A DNA stretch of 63,974 nt, filler included, from Octopus bimaculoides (lineage: Eukaryota), in assembly GCF_001194135.2 (NCBI RefSeq). It is 5 parts of 5 records of this genome, joined end to end, with 100 filler letters (N's around TTAATTAATTAA, not from the genome) between each part and the next. Parts side by side here need not be neighbours in the genome. Positions count along the whole stretch, not along the records: positions 1 to 27,353 come from NC_068982.1; 4 more parts are not named here. One strand, 5' to 3'. Under the pieces are notes generated by a model. It saw nothing but the letters and a program-made list of their open reading frames with translations, was not told where the DNA came from and did no database searches. The number at the start of each line of letters is the position of its first letter. The first letter of the stretch is position 1. The position numbers were made by a program, and so were the translations under genes. Shown here in pieces: positions 1 to 12,920 of the stretch.

Positions 1-27
1 ATGTGTGTGTGTGAGTGTGTGTGTGCG

Positions 28-72
<45 letters not shown>
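1..72. repeat. (TG)n microsatellite
   Basis: Direct reading of the dinucleotide run. Confidence 0.95.
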
Positions 73-74
<2 letters not shown>

Positions 75-80
75 ATGCTT

Positions 81-183
81 ATGTGTTTGTGTTTGATCCC
101 CCACCATCGCTTGACAACCAATGCTGGTGTGTTTACGTCCCGTAACTTAGCAGTTTGGCAAAAGAAACCAATAGAATAAGTAC
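81..183 (+). mobile_element. Family A SINE, 3' fragment
   Basis: Matches the catcgcttgacaaccgatgctggtgtgtttacgtccc...gatagaataagtac segment of the full copies at 16071-16514 and 16992-17400. Confidence 0.8.
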
Positions 184-210
184 GAAGAGGAGGAGGGGAG
201 GAGGAGGATG

Positions 211-279
<69 letters not shown>
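211..279. repeat. (AGAT)n microsatellite
   Basis: Direct reading. Confidence 0.95.
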
Positions 280-2334
280 GTATATTGTTATACTTGGGAA
301 CAGTCATCTTTTGCCAGTGAAACACACATTTATATGTAGATATATGCGTGTCCATTTGGCTAAGTTTAACTTTGAACTGGAGTTGTGTTGCTTTTTTTCT
401 TCCATACTATCACAGATGTAGAGAAAGTATTATCAGATTAATTAGTACATTGTAGTACATTGATATATTGTGCGATTATTTATGATATTGCTATTTATTA
501 TAGGAATTCAAATAGAATGTGTAAACGTTTATAATTCTGAACTAACAGCAGGGAATTGCTATGTGTCCAGAAACACCAGAAGAATGGCTTGATGTTCATA
601 GGAAAGCTTCGCGTAAATATATAAACAAAGATGAAAAAACTTTTATGTTCATAATTAGCACACACCCATAAACACCCACACGCGCACACACATACACGCA
701 TACATACATATATACATACGTATGTATGTATGTGTGAGTGTGTTTGTATACTGATGTGTAGTTTATACTTGATCTTCTTGACTCCATCATTATATTTATA
801 GTACTTCAATTTTAACAAATGAATATTTTGTTTTCGTTTTACTGTTATCTTTGTCACTCTGTTTACTGAGTGGTGTTTGTTAATTTTCCTCAGAAGCTTT
901 GAAATTTTACCGATGCTCTTTTAATTTTTTTGTTTCAATGTTTCTCCCCTCGTTATCGAAGCTATTGATGTACAACAGTTAGGTTAGTTTTAACAAATTT
1001 AATGCAGGGCACATCAAAAGCTAACTATAAACAATTATGTAGTGGAAGAAAAAACAATATTTGTCAATGACTACTATTGCTTAATATATTTCAACAAGTA
1101 TGGAAGACAACTCCAGATGTGCTTCAGACTATGGGTTGGTTCAGACTATGTTATTGGTAATTAGGTAAGAGATTGTTTTTGTAGACAAGAAAGAATGCAC
1201 AAATAAATGTGAGTTTCCATACATTTATTATGTTAAGTAGTTTATATAGTACATTTGTACTAAGTGTATTAATAGTATACTGAAGAGCATTTCTGTAAAG
1301 AAGTGAGTGATAGTTAAAGATATGATAAATGAATATATGAAACATATGAATAACAAAGATGAAAATTAAAGAGATTAATTATTAGCAACAGAAGCAATAT
1401 CAATACTAAAAGGCAATCTTTATATCCAACTTAACATGGATGTTTTGTTAGAATGCTGAACACTGAAAGGCCTGAAAAGTCACTGAAATTCCGTATATTG
1501 TTAGCAGTGACAATATATGCTCTGGTATGTGATGAGCAGACAGCTGTCACTGAAGAGACACAGTATGTTGAAACCACATGATCTGGCAGATTCTCATCTG
1601 CCAACAATATAAATATATGTACTTTTATGCATCATGCATCCACATAAGAGGGCTTCCCAAGGAGAAAACCACAGTATTTGGCATTCTAACAAAATATCCA
1701 CATTAAGTTAGATATAAAGAGAATGTTCTAGTTAAATCTATTGTTATGTGGTTCTATGCATTGCATAATGCAGAAATTAAAGCCTATAATTAGATAGAAT
1801 GAAGGATGTATGTATATTGACATTAAAACACAAGGATAATTTACCTTTGTCAAGCATATATTTTTAGTTTATGTTATTATAAAGACAAGTAGAAAGAGAT
1901 GAGAGCACATCTCGCAAAACAAAATGACATGGCTTTGTATGAAATCTGAATTGGATCAATTGAATAAATCAACAGCTTTTATAACCCTGGGAAAGTCTTT
2001 TTAGAACCTTTAAGATATAATTTGTTGAGAAATATACATGACTTTTCTTTTAAGTTAATTGATACATGCTAGCTAATGCTGATTAGTGATAAATATTTAC
2101 ATAAATATTCCATTCTCTTAAGGAGCTGGCAAGGCTTCAATAGTAACATGATTAAGCTGAGGCTCTTAGATGAAAAATCCAAGATGAGATTTGATAGTAG
2201 GTCTCTGCCCCAAGTTGAAGCAGTGAGGCCAACAGCAAAACCTCATCGACGAAGCATACATATCACAATACTGGCTGAAGTGGTGATAAAAGAATCATTA
2301 AATAAATGTATCAGAATGAACATTGATCATTGTA

Positions 2335-2461
2335 CAGGGTGTCCACAAAGTTTGGGTACAAGGGGATTAACACATACTTTAAGAAATTATTATTTCTTAT
2401 ATTTAATTGTTTATGTTATGATTTTCTTTACTTCATGTAGCCAAACTTTGTGGACACCCTG
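2335..2461. mobile_element. Tc1/mariner-type MITE (127 bp)
   Basis: 26 bp TIRs CAGGGTGTCCACAAAGTTTGGGTACA (2335-2360) and 2436-2461 match at 25/26; TA on both sides (2333-34, 2462-63). Confidence 0.85.
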
Positions 2462-3061
2462 TAGAATAAATAAGTTAGAGATGTCAACCACAGAAAGCAA
2501 CAGATAAATTAGAGTTAACATAATGTGCAAGAATTAGAAAAAAGAAACATAATTCATTGCGAGTATTTGTCATTCTTAAGGGGGTGATAGACGCTATCAA
2601 CTGGTTTATCACCACCACCTAGCTCTAGTTGCAAGTATTAGGCTCAAGACATCAGAATAAATGCAACCAACCAGTCTCAAAGATCATGGAAATTGTCATG
2701 GATGCTGTCCATCTTCTTGCAATTAAGCTGTTAATTTTTTTTCTTTAAATCCAGCACCTAGGTTTCTGTTAATATTTCCTGATCTAATTCATTAGTATTT
2801 CTTCTTGTGGACCTCTACAATCTGCTTGTTTGGTGCTCATATACAGTTCTCATTTATCCTAGGTGATGATGATAATGATGAATTTTGAATCAAAGTCAAA
2901 TCTTTCCTTGAACAGTAATTTTTCCTAAAAACCCATTGAATTACACATCAGTATAACAGAGTGATCACTACTCACAGCAATAAATTATAATACCCCACTT
3001 CAATTAATTACAGCTAGGTAAACAGATCTGAAGAGACAAAAATGTTCATAAACTGCAATCA

Positions 3062-3147
3062 TCTCCATTGTCATCATCGTCGTGATCGTCCTCAACCTCT
3101 TCCTCCTTCTCCTCCTCCTCCACATCATCATCATCATCTTCATCATC

Positions 3148-3186
<39 letters not shown>

Positions 3187-3190
3187 TTTG
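3062..3190. repeat. Compound (CCT)n/(CAT)n microsatellite
   Basis: Direct reading; explains the poly-His, poly-Met and poly-Ile ORFs. Confidence 0.9.
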
Positions 3191-3482
3191 TCATTGTTGT
3201 TTTTCTGTTTGTTTTTCCATGCTGGAATTGGTTAGATAAATTTTTATTTATGCATATTTTCTTATGGCCAGATGCTATTTCTGACACCAAACTCCATTTG
3301 TTTACATGTAAGATATTCTTTCCATTCCACTGGTCCTCATATGTCCACTGAACTATGGGGAATTTCTTTACTAGACAGTAAACAATACCATTATATTTTA
3401 CTCAGATGGGGTTAATGACAACATGTAAAATCAACATTCACAGTCATGCATAAATATACATACATAAATGCATACATACTCC

Positions 3483-3660
3483 ATCAACATCATTTAACGT
3501 CTTTTTTTCCATGCTGGCATGGGTTTGACAGTTCAACATGAACCAAAGAACCAAAGGGCTGCACCAAATTCTATTGTCTGTAATGGCATGGTTTCTATAG
3601 CTGGATTGCTCTTCCTAACACCAACCACTTCACAGAATGTACTGGGTACCTTTTATGTCC
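3483..3660 (-). mobile_element. Family B element, degenerate 3' part
   Basis: Reverse complement of the family B tail (catttaacgtc...ttccatgctggcatgggtttgac...ttcctaacacca). Confidence 0.65.
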
Positions 3661-3924
3661 CCAGCACTGGTGAGGTCACCAAGAACCCACAAGACAGGGC
3701 TCCTCCACTAAGTTGGGTATAGAACTGAGGCATAATAAACTAAGATAGAGAGACAGGAACAGTATCTTACTGAAGGGGTGAGTACATGCCATGCCCATCT
3801 GGAAAGAAAAAGAGAAAAAGATGAGGTCAAAGTAAAAGGTGACTATGAGAGACAAAACAGAATAGAGGAGGTATGCTGTGACTGAGAAAATCCGGCAAAT
3901 AAAGTGAGTCCACAGCTGTAACCT

Positions 3925-4385
3925 ACACCAGTGTCGCATAACCAGCCCACTCAAAAGTACCTTGGATCATAGGGTGACATGCCATGCTTGAGGAGACCTA
4001 TTGAGTCAAGTACATCAACATCAATATCAGCAATATCAAAATCAAATTGAAAGGAAATTGTAGTTGTGAGCCTCGTGCTGGTAGCATGTAAAAAGCACCA
4101 TCAAAAAAATGGTTGATGCCAGTGTTGCCTTGACTGGCTTCCGTGCCGGTGGCACATAAAAAGCATCATCTGAACGTGGTCGATGCCAGCTCTTCTGACC
4201 CCTTGTGTCGATGGCACGTAAAAAGCACCCACTACACTCTCGGAGTGGTTGGCGTTAGGAAGGGCATCCAGCTGTAGAAGCATTGGCAGATCAGATTGGG
4301 GCCTGGTGCAGCCTCCTAGCTTCCCAGACCCCAGTCAAACCGTCTAACCCATACCAGAATGATGATGAAGAGGAGAATACAATGA
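3925..4385 (+). mobile_element. Family B composite element
   Basis: 5' segment shared with 32600-32715, ~67 bp sub-repeats, ggcacgtaaaaagcacccactacactctcggagtggttggcgttaggaagggcatccagctgtag core, (GAT)-type tail. Confidence 0.8.
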
Positions 4386-5116
4386 TGATGAAGAGGAGAA
4401 AACGATGATGATGAAGAGGAGAAAAGGTGGGTGTGTAGATAAGTGTGCTGAGTGAGAATAATGTATCAGATGATTAGAGATAACTTAAACTGCTTCACAA
4501 ATAACCAGTATTAAGAACTTTATGTGTATTTCAGTCCATGTATTGCAATTTTATCCCTTGCACATATAGAAAATTCAACATGATAGATTGTTTGTAAGAT
4601 AGTTATATACCATCTAATGTAATTCTATTAACATAAGGTGATTATTGGTTACATAATGTTAATTACATAATTAACACGTACTGTCAAATTGTTTGAGACA
4701 TGAAACTATTATATGACAATTTGAGAGTAAGTGTTGGCTATGTAATTTGGATTATGTGACCAATAATCACCTTCTGTTAATGAAACATATGTAAGACAGC
4801 GTAACTAAATACCTAAATATCTCACATGCAATCACTCCTGTTTTGTTATATATATATATATATATATATAAATCAAAAAATGCAACACGGATTTTAAAGG
4901 TTATTGCAGTACGCACGTTTCATGCTACTCTATTTATTTAAGTAATGCGAGCATTACATTAAATGTAAAATGCAGAGCAATCTTCAGCTGCACAAGGATA
5001 TAGAAAATTTACTGAAAATTTCAGCAGAATGGACATATTACTGTTGTGACAACACTTAAAATCTAAGTTGGAAAGAAGAATACATAAAAGAAAAAACCAT
5101 CTTGACATAGCCAAGG

Positions 5117-5156
<40 letters not shown>

Positions 5157-5570
5157 AGTTTGCAAAAAATTTCTCCCAAAGAATTTTTTGTTTATGGGGA
5201 TATGCTATCCANNNNNNNNNNNNNNNNNNNNNNNNNNNNNNNNNNNNNNNNNNNNNNNNNNCCAGTTATGTGCTTCTATTGATTGATAATTCTGGTTATC
5301 GTTTGTGTGCCTCTGTACTAATGTTTATGGTTGGCTGGTACATTCTTAGTACTTTACACTTATGAAAATCCAGTTGTTCCTATAGATACTTCATTCTTTT
5401 TGATATAAGAGAAATAATTAATAGTTTAAAGAAAACAGAAAATACATATAGAATATTCATTTTTTAATCATTGTATAGTCATATTAAGTTCTTTTTTTTG
5501 CCTATGTGATGTTTCACCCATTTTTAGTGTCCATCTTGCACTTTAAAGTGTATTATGATGTAATAAACAA

Positions 5571-5635
<65 letters not shown>

Positions 5636-5774
5636 TACCTTTAATCTGTATGTTTGTTGTAATCACTTCTTGAGACACACCTAGCATCCTAGGGTGAGTG
5701 AAGGATAAGAGATGTTACAGTATGAATGAAAGCTTAGGGAGGGGAAGTGACAGGGGCCGTAGTGTTAATGGCAA

Positions 5775-5851
5775 TTGGGGCTTGGTGCAGCTCTCCAGCT
5801 GACCAGCTCCTGTCAAACTGCCCAACCCATACCAACATGGAAAACAGACGT

Positions 5852-5907
<56 letters not shown>

Positions 5908-5957
5908 ATGATTGTGATGATGACGATGATGATGATGATGACGATGATGATGATGAC
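5775..5957 (+). mobile_element. Family B-type 3' end with long (GAT)n tail
   Basis: ccaacccataccaacatggaaaacagacgtt followed by (GAT)n; explains the poly-Asp ORF. Confidence 0.7.
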
Positions 5958-6399
5958 AATATCTTAGATTACTGGCCCATGGTAGCTTAGATTGCTATTT
6001 TTAGCCAGTCAAGCAACCACATGAAAGCTTCTTCATCAACTCATGTTGTTGCTATTAAGCTGCAGGTCAACTCTGATCAAGCAGATCTATGAACAAAAGC
6101 GTTCCAACCATGACCATCTTGTCTTATTTTCACATTAAGTGCATTGAGAACTACATTATCTAATACATTCCTTTAAGATATTAATCTTATTTGCATGTTT
6201 AATTCTTTTCTTAGCAAAGGTACAATAGCCATCAAGATAAATAAACACGAAAAGATATTTTGCTACTTTCTTTTAGCTGGTCATACTGAATTACCTGAGA
6301 TAAGAGATACTGCTTGGAGTTAAGGGGAGGTAATGTCCTTTGCCAATGCTTTGCTTTTGGTAAATGGCACCAACATTTAGAACAATTTCTATGAGCATT

Positions 6400-6680
6400 C
6401 AACATCATCACCATCATCATCATCATTTTCATCATTTAACATCTGTCTTCCATGCTGGCATGGTTTGAATGGTTTGACAGGAGCTGACTAGGCAGAAGAC
6501 TGCACCAAGCTTCAGTGTCTGTTTTGGCATGGTTTTTTTTTTTTTTTATGACTGGATGTACTTCCTAAGAACAACCAGCCTGCAGAGTGGACTGGGACTG
6601 GATGCTTTTTATGAGGCACCAGCACAGGCAAGTCAGTTTTGACATGGTTTTCAAAGCTGGATGCCCTTTCAAAAGACTTG
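6400..6680 (-). mobile_element. Family B-type degenerate copy
   Basis: (CAT)n then catttaacatctgtcttccatgctggcatgg...ggatgtacttcctaa, the reverse complement of the family B tail. Confidence 0.6.
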
Positions 6681-8317
6681 ATCATTCCATGACATTTGTT
6701 AATCTTCCTAATGAAATTATTTTAATAATGAATGTTGTTAAGAAAATTATGATGTATTATTATAGATAATCCTTCATTTTTCACCATCTTTATTGTAAAC
6801 TTCGCAAAAGATGCATAAATGTGGCTCACACTTTACAGATTTCCAAATTTCTGAATCATTTAAATGAGTACTTATCATTATTCAAAAATGGCCAGCAACT
6901 GTAGTTATCAGCAACTGTAGCTGCCAGCAACTGAACCTATGAGACATGAAAAGCATAATAAAATCATCCTGTCCTTATATTACTGATTTGTGTAGCTTAT
7001 GTCAACCAGCTATTATCATGTATATGATGGATACTGCAATTAGCCAACTCTTCTATGCAGATTGACCCCCCAGCTTTTATTTGGCAAGGAAGAAGTGGTT
7101 GTGTTTCTGTGCCTGATGGCTATGGCAGAGAAAGTTGTATGATGAACATGGGTAAAAGGTTTAAGGACAGAGCTTTGTTCAGGTCACATTGGCTGCTTCA
7201 AGTAATACTTGAAAAGAAAAGGGAAGATAAATATAGAGGTGCTATTCTCCTATAAATCATATAAACCAAATGAAACCAAGCTGAGAGGGGTTCAACTGAC
7301 ATGGCTAAATGTGCAAACCCTATCGATGCAACTGAAAATTGGTTACAAGAACTTGAAGAAGGAACTTGCTTTTGATGTTCCAAGATAGTCTAGTATTGTA
7401 CGAGGGGGTAACCTGAGTCATCTTTTGTACTTACCCCACCACTAACACCTATTTTGAGGATACTTTCTTGTTAATTCTGTTGTTTTATGTTCTTTAAAAA
7501 ATGTTATAAAATATATGGGAATAAACAAGGAACTTATTTTAGAAACAAGATATTGCATGATATAGTGATGCATATTAATTTATTAAGATACACAGAATAT
7601 GAATGTATACACAGATCTAATACACAGAACTAATAAAAAAAGTTTTTATTTAATGGAAGCATTACCTCCTGGGTCAGCTCAGTGTTCCCCACAACTCTGA
7701 TTGCCTTCCTTTTTTTTTTTCTTTCCCATCCTTAATCCAGGTACCAAGTACCTTCTGATACAATAATACTTTATTCTCTACATAAAATATTTTAAAACAT
7801 CTATGCGGTTACTCCTCACCATCCTTTCTCACCATTCTGGTTATTTTGTAGGAGGTGGAGAGAGGGTTATTTTCGTTTTTGTTTGTTTTGTTTTTTTCAT
7901 CACCCCTAGAATGTTTGCTCTTATTCTTCCTTGCCTTCACTCCCCCGTATCATCACAACATGAAAGAGTGATTAGAGGCAAGTTCCTATTTTTCTTTTCA
8001 TATGTTTTCTAATCATTCGCTTCTGGGGATAAGAATGAGGGGAAGATTTGTTACCGTACTTGGATCTGTGACTGGTTGTTTTTTTGGGAGCAAAACCCTT
8101 TGAGATCTGCTTTGGTCTCGTAATCCTTCGTTCTTCATTCTTGATAGGTTACAGCTTTGATATGACTTTGTTGTACGAGGGGGTCATTAGGATTGGCATA
8201 TACATACAGACCCCACCTAACAACATGTGGTTCCTGGTTAACTTGGCATTCATTGCTAGCCCAAGCTGTGCTTCACAAGTGACAACAAGGTAAGGGTCAA
8301 CATGACCTCCATATTCT

Positions 8318-8460
8318 TTTCTACTCTAGGCAAAAGGCCTGAAATTTTGGGGGAGGGGGCCAGTCAATTAGATTGACCCCAGTACACAACTGGTACTTAA
8401 TTTATCAACCCTAAAAGGATGAAAGGCAACGCTGACCTTGGCAGAATTTGAACCCAGAAC
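8318..8460 (-). mobile_element. Family C tRNA-headed SINE fragment
   Basis: gaccccagtac..aactggtacttaatttatc.accc.aaaaggatgaaaggcaa...gaatttgaac; the reverse strand gives a B-box-like GTTCAAATTC. Repeated at 11410, 23315, 47270 and 59665. Confidence 0.7.
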
Positions 8461-9564
8461 AACATTACCTCCATATTGCATTCACTTGATATATTATGGT
8501 ACTAGAGTATTGTCAGGAGTATGAGATACCAGTGCCGCTTATTTCTTCATCCATTTTCAGTCATATCTAGACATACTGTATCATAAGCTCCACTCTGACT
8601 GACATAAGAGATACTGCTTTGCACATTGACTAGGGTTACTTCTAATTGTTCTCTTCAAGACATATCGAAACTTGTTCCACTCTTGGAAATGAAGAAATTG
8701 TAGACTTTTCTCCGTTCTCAATCTTAGATGAACAGCAGTAGAAAAGACACACTCTTCCCAGTTGCAAAATTCATCGAAGCAGTTTTGTCTTGGCTAGTTT
8801 TTTCAATGTTTAGTATATGTTTGCTACTGGCAATGTTAAGAAACAAAAAAGTGGTATTTTTCCAGTTTTGTTTATTTGGCAAAAAGTTTAAGTGCAATGT
8901 TGATGTTGCTACTGTTGTTATTAACCTTGGAATTTTTCTAATTAATGTCACTATTTTCTGCCAAAAACTTATATTTTTTCCTTGTTGAATGTTTACATCC
9001 TACTGTGTAATTAAATTTCTTTGTCTTTTCTTGTATTTTTTGGTTTTCTTTTTTTTTTTCCAAGTTTTCTTTACTGCTGCATTCAATTCATCTTTTGGTG
9101 GGTGTTACAGAAAATTTTAAAAGCGAAATGGTTTTTCCCTTCGACTACACTTGATAATTTTATGGAGTGAGAAGACACACATCTGTCCATAGCAAACACA
9201 TATAATAATAACAATAATAATAACAACAACAACACCAACAATAACAAAAACAACAACAGTAATAGTAATAATAATTCTAGTTATAAATTACAGTTGAGAC
9301 ATAATAAATTAGAAGTAAACTGAATTTAAGAGCTTAGAAAATTTAGAAAACTATCTTCATTCACACTTAAGTGAATAGAGATAGAAAAAATTTACCACAT
9401 ATAAAGAGAGGATGGAGTTTGAAGCAAACACAGAAAGTTACAAATAATAATAACATGACTAAAAAAATATATAAAGCAAATGAAAGGAAACTCCATAGTG
9501 TAAGAAGGAAGCTTGGAGGAAACCAAAAGGAAAAAAAGGGAACACCAGTTTGTGCACGTCACCT

Positions 9565-9659
9565 TCCTTCCTCACACATCTGATCAACAACCTTTGCCCA
9601 TCCTTCACTTTTCCACTTGTCTTGAAGAAGGGGTCATAGCCCTGAAATATCGAAATATA
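9565..9659 (+). mobile_element. Penelope-like terminal fragment with degenerate hammerhead-like core
   Basis: cttgaagaaggggtcatagccctgaaatatcgaaatata resembles the ctgaNga..ccgaaac motif of Penelope terminal repeats (recalled, not searched). Confidence 0.4.
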
Positions 9660-9858
9660 AGGGCCTCTCTCTCAGAGTGAAAGGCAGATTGTATGATGCC
9701 TGTGTGCAAACAGCTATGCTATACAGCAGTGAAACACAGGCTGTGACAGCTGAGGACATGCGCAGGCTTGAAAGCAAAGAAGCCAGTATGCTTCACTGGA
9801 TGTGCAATGTCAGTGTGCATGCACAACAGAATGTAAGCATTTTGAGAGAAAAGTTGGG
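9659..9858 (+). mobile_element. RTE-clade LINE fragment (post-RT region)
   Basis: Translates KGLSLRVKGRLYDACVQTAMLYSSETQAVTAEDMRRLESKEASMLHWMCNVS, matching the RTE KGRLYxACVRxxMLYGSETW motif. Confidence 0.85.
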
Positions 9859-9974
9859 CCCACCACTTGACAACAGCTGTTTGTGTGTTTATGTCCTTGT
9901 AACTTAGTAGTTTGGCAAAGGAGTCTGATAGAATAAGTACCAGGCTTTAAAAATATAAGTACCAGGGTCAGTAC

Positions 9975-10392
9975 TTTTTACTCTTTCTCTTTTACTCTTT
10001 TACTTCTTTCAGTCATTTGACTGTGGCCATGCTGGAGCACCACCTTTAGTCGAGCAGATCAACCCCAGGACTTATTCTTTGTAAGCCTAGTACTTATTCT
10101 ATCAGTCTCTTTTGCTGAACTGCTAAGTTACGGGGATGTAAACACACCAGCATTGGTTGTCAAGTGATGGTGGGGGGGAACAAACACAGACACACAAACA
10201 CACAAACATATATATATATACATATATATGATGGGCTTCTTTCAGTTTCCATCTACCAAATTCACTCACAAGGCTTTGGTTGGCCCGAGGCTATAGTAGA
10301 AGACACTTGCCCAAGGTGCCACGCAATGGGACTGAACCTGGAACCATGTGGTTGGTAAGCAAGCTACTCACCACACAGCAACTCCTGCGCCT
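9975..10392 (-). mobile_element. Family A SINE, near full length
   Basis: Reverse complement of the 16071-16514 copy, from the tail to the aggcgcaggag head. Confidence 0.9.
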
Positions 10393-11409
10393 ACTTTTGC
10401 TTAAAATAAATTCTTCTAGGAGGTGCCCCAGCATTGCCACAGTCTAATGACTAAGACAAGTAAAAGATAGAAAATAGAAAGTTAAATACAGTGTTGGCTA
10501 AAAAAAATCTATTGCTATACTTTGCAGACCAGAATAACACTGAAGCAACGTACTGCTGACATATTTAAATTCTTCTGCATAAGGAAGCAATAAAATACAA
10601 ACTAGAAACTAACAACACAGAAGAGAAAACAAAGGAAAGGGAAAAAGAAACAACCAAAGACAAGAAGGAAACGTTTTTGAAGTATGTTAGGAAGAAAATG
10701 GAGAAAATAAACAATATGGTGACCAATACATTGCAAGACTTGACAGTGAAGAAGTAAGAGTGAACAATGACACTGAAAGCTCTGGACTAAAAACTGAAAT
10801 GGTTGGTCTGGTCTCAACTGAATGAGATGTGGATCTCTGACCTTGTCTTGGAGAGCAATAACAAATCATCCGACTTATGGCAGCATGGAAAGTGAGAGTA
10901 AAATGATCATGATGAGAATGTTGGTGATGGTGGTGATGATCACTACAACCACCACCATCACTATTACTACCTCCAACACCACCACCTAACCATAAAAATT
11001 CATAAGAACAATTACAGACTGTACAATCAGCAAAATGAGACAAGAAACCACATCATTTTTGGTTACCCAGTCCTTACAAAGTCAGAAAATATCCAGAGAT
11101 GATGAAATCACTAATTTTATCTATTGGTCAATATACTGAGACTTTGATATGAAAACTGATAATAGTAATAATGATGATGATGAGGATGATGATGATGATA
11201 TTGATGATGATGATGATGACGATGGTGACGATGACAACGATGGTGGCTGAGGTCACAGATGGTGACTTGTTATCCAGTTCACCTAAATTCCATCATGGGA
11301 TGAAGTACAAAAAGTTTTGAAATATATAAATAAATAGATAAGTAGATAAATAGATAAATGACAATGATGATGACGATGATGATGATGATGACAACGATGA
11401 AGAGGATAA

Positions 11410-11600
11410 CGATAATTGTTTCTAATTTAGGCACAAGGGCAGCATTTTGTGGAGAAGGGGTTAATCAATTATATTGACTGGTGCTTTATTTTATCGATAC
11501 CTAGAGAGATGAAAGGCAAAGTCGACTTTGATGGGATGTAAGGAACTAGAATAAATACTACAAGACATTTTTGTTTTCAATGATTTTCTAACGATTCTGT
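11410..11600 (-). mobile_element. Family C SINE, degenerate
   Basis: ttttatcgatacc.agagagatgaaaggcaaagtcgac motif shared with the 8318 and 23315 copies. Confidence 0.55.
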
Positions 11601-11800
11601 CAGCACACCAATAATAACTGGAGCATTAGATACAACAGAGAATAACCCCAAAAAGGCATACCATGACTCACAGCTCTCCACATAGAAATAGTTCTAAGAC
11701 ACACACCTACATCATACTCAAAACTATTTTCATTTTAATAGCACAACTCTTGCACCACTCTTTCTGCACACAACAAATACAACAAATGTACAACATAATC

Positions 11801-12920
11801 ATGATCGGTTCCAGAGCCGCCTGACTGGCTCCTGTGCCGGTGGAACATAAAAAGCACCATCCGAATATGGCCGATGCCAGTGAACCCCAACTGGCTCCCA
11901 TGCCGGCAGTGGCATGTAAAATGCACTATATGAGCATGATCGATGCCAGGCCCACCTGACTGGCTCCTGTGCCGGTGGAACATAAAAAGCACCATCCGAA
12001 TATGGCCGATGCCAGTGACCCCCAACTGGCTCCCATGCCGGCAGTAGCATGTAAAATGCACTATATGAGCATGATCGNNNNNNNNNNNNNNNNNNNNNNN
12101 NNNNNNNNNNNNNNNNNNNNNNNNNNNNNNNNNNNNNNNNNNNNNNNNNNNNNNNNNNNNNNNNNNNNNNNNNNNNNNNNNNNNNNNNNNNNNNNNNNNN
12201 NNNNNNNNNNNNNNNNNNNNNNNNNNNNNNNNNNNNNNNNNNNNNNNNNNNNNNNNNNNNNNNNNNNNNNNNNNNNNNNNNNNNNNNNNNNNNNNNNNNN
12301 NNNNNNNNNNNNNNNNNNNNNNNNNNNNNNNNNNNNNNNNNNNNNNNNNNNNNNNNNNNNNNNNNNNNNNNNNNNNNNNNNNNNNNNNNNNNNNNNNNNN
12401 NNNNNNNNNNNNNNNNNNNNNNNNNNNNNNNNNNNNNNNNNNNNNNNNNNNNNNNNNNNNNNNNNNNNNNNNNNNNNNNNNNNNNNNNNNNNNNNNNNNN
12501 NNNNCCCCAACTGGCTCCCATGCCGGCAGTGGCATGTAAAATGCACTATATGAGCATGATCGATGCCAGGCCCACCTGACTGGCTCCTGTGCCGGTGGAA
12601 CATAAAAAGCACCCACTACACTCTCAGAGAGGTTAGCGTAAGGAAGGGCATCCAGCTGTAGAAACATTGCCAGATCAGATTGGAGCCTGGTGCAGCCTCC
12701 TGGCTTGCCAGTCCCCAGTCAAACTGTCCAACCCTTGCCAGCATGGTGTTAGGTGTTATTTTTTTGTTTCATCTGTGTTGTTTATGTTATGTGTTATAAT
12801 GTCCAAAGATGAACCCCATTGAGTAGTAACCCCCAAGCATATTTGCACCACACACCCATTTCATGAAAGACAAATTTTTCCCAAACCAGGGATCATGTGC
12901 ATAACGATGATGATGATGAA
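11801..12920 (+). mobile_element. Family B element with 135 bp tandem array
   Basis: ATGATCG recurs at 11801, 11936 and 12071 (period 135, two ~67 bp subunits) and again after the gap; then the family B core, a 159 bp foreign insert and a GAT tail. Confidence 0.9.

Noticed and set aside
1501-1580. YALVCDEQTAVTEETQ as a hAT transposase DE motif
   Set aside because: A single short motif followed by a stop, with no supporting blocks.
2076-2507. 143 aa ORF as a gene
   Set aside because: No recognisable domain, and its 3' part runs through the MITE.
7061-7151. Exon-like segment IDPPAFIWQGRSGCVSVPDGYGRESCMMNMG with AG/GT ends
   Set aside because: No recognisable homology and no compatible neighbouring exon; needs RNA-seq.
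8015-8070. IRF...EDLLPYLDL as a Penelope RT motif
   Set aside because: Two stops inside it and no downstream continuation; too weak to call.
6300-8619. 16 bp match ataagagatactgctt at 6300 and 8604
   Set aside because: It does not extend, and a few such matches are plausible by chance in 64 kb of AT-rich DNA.
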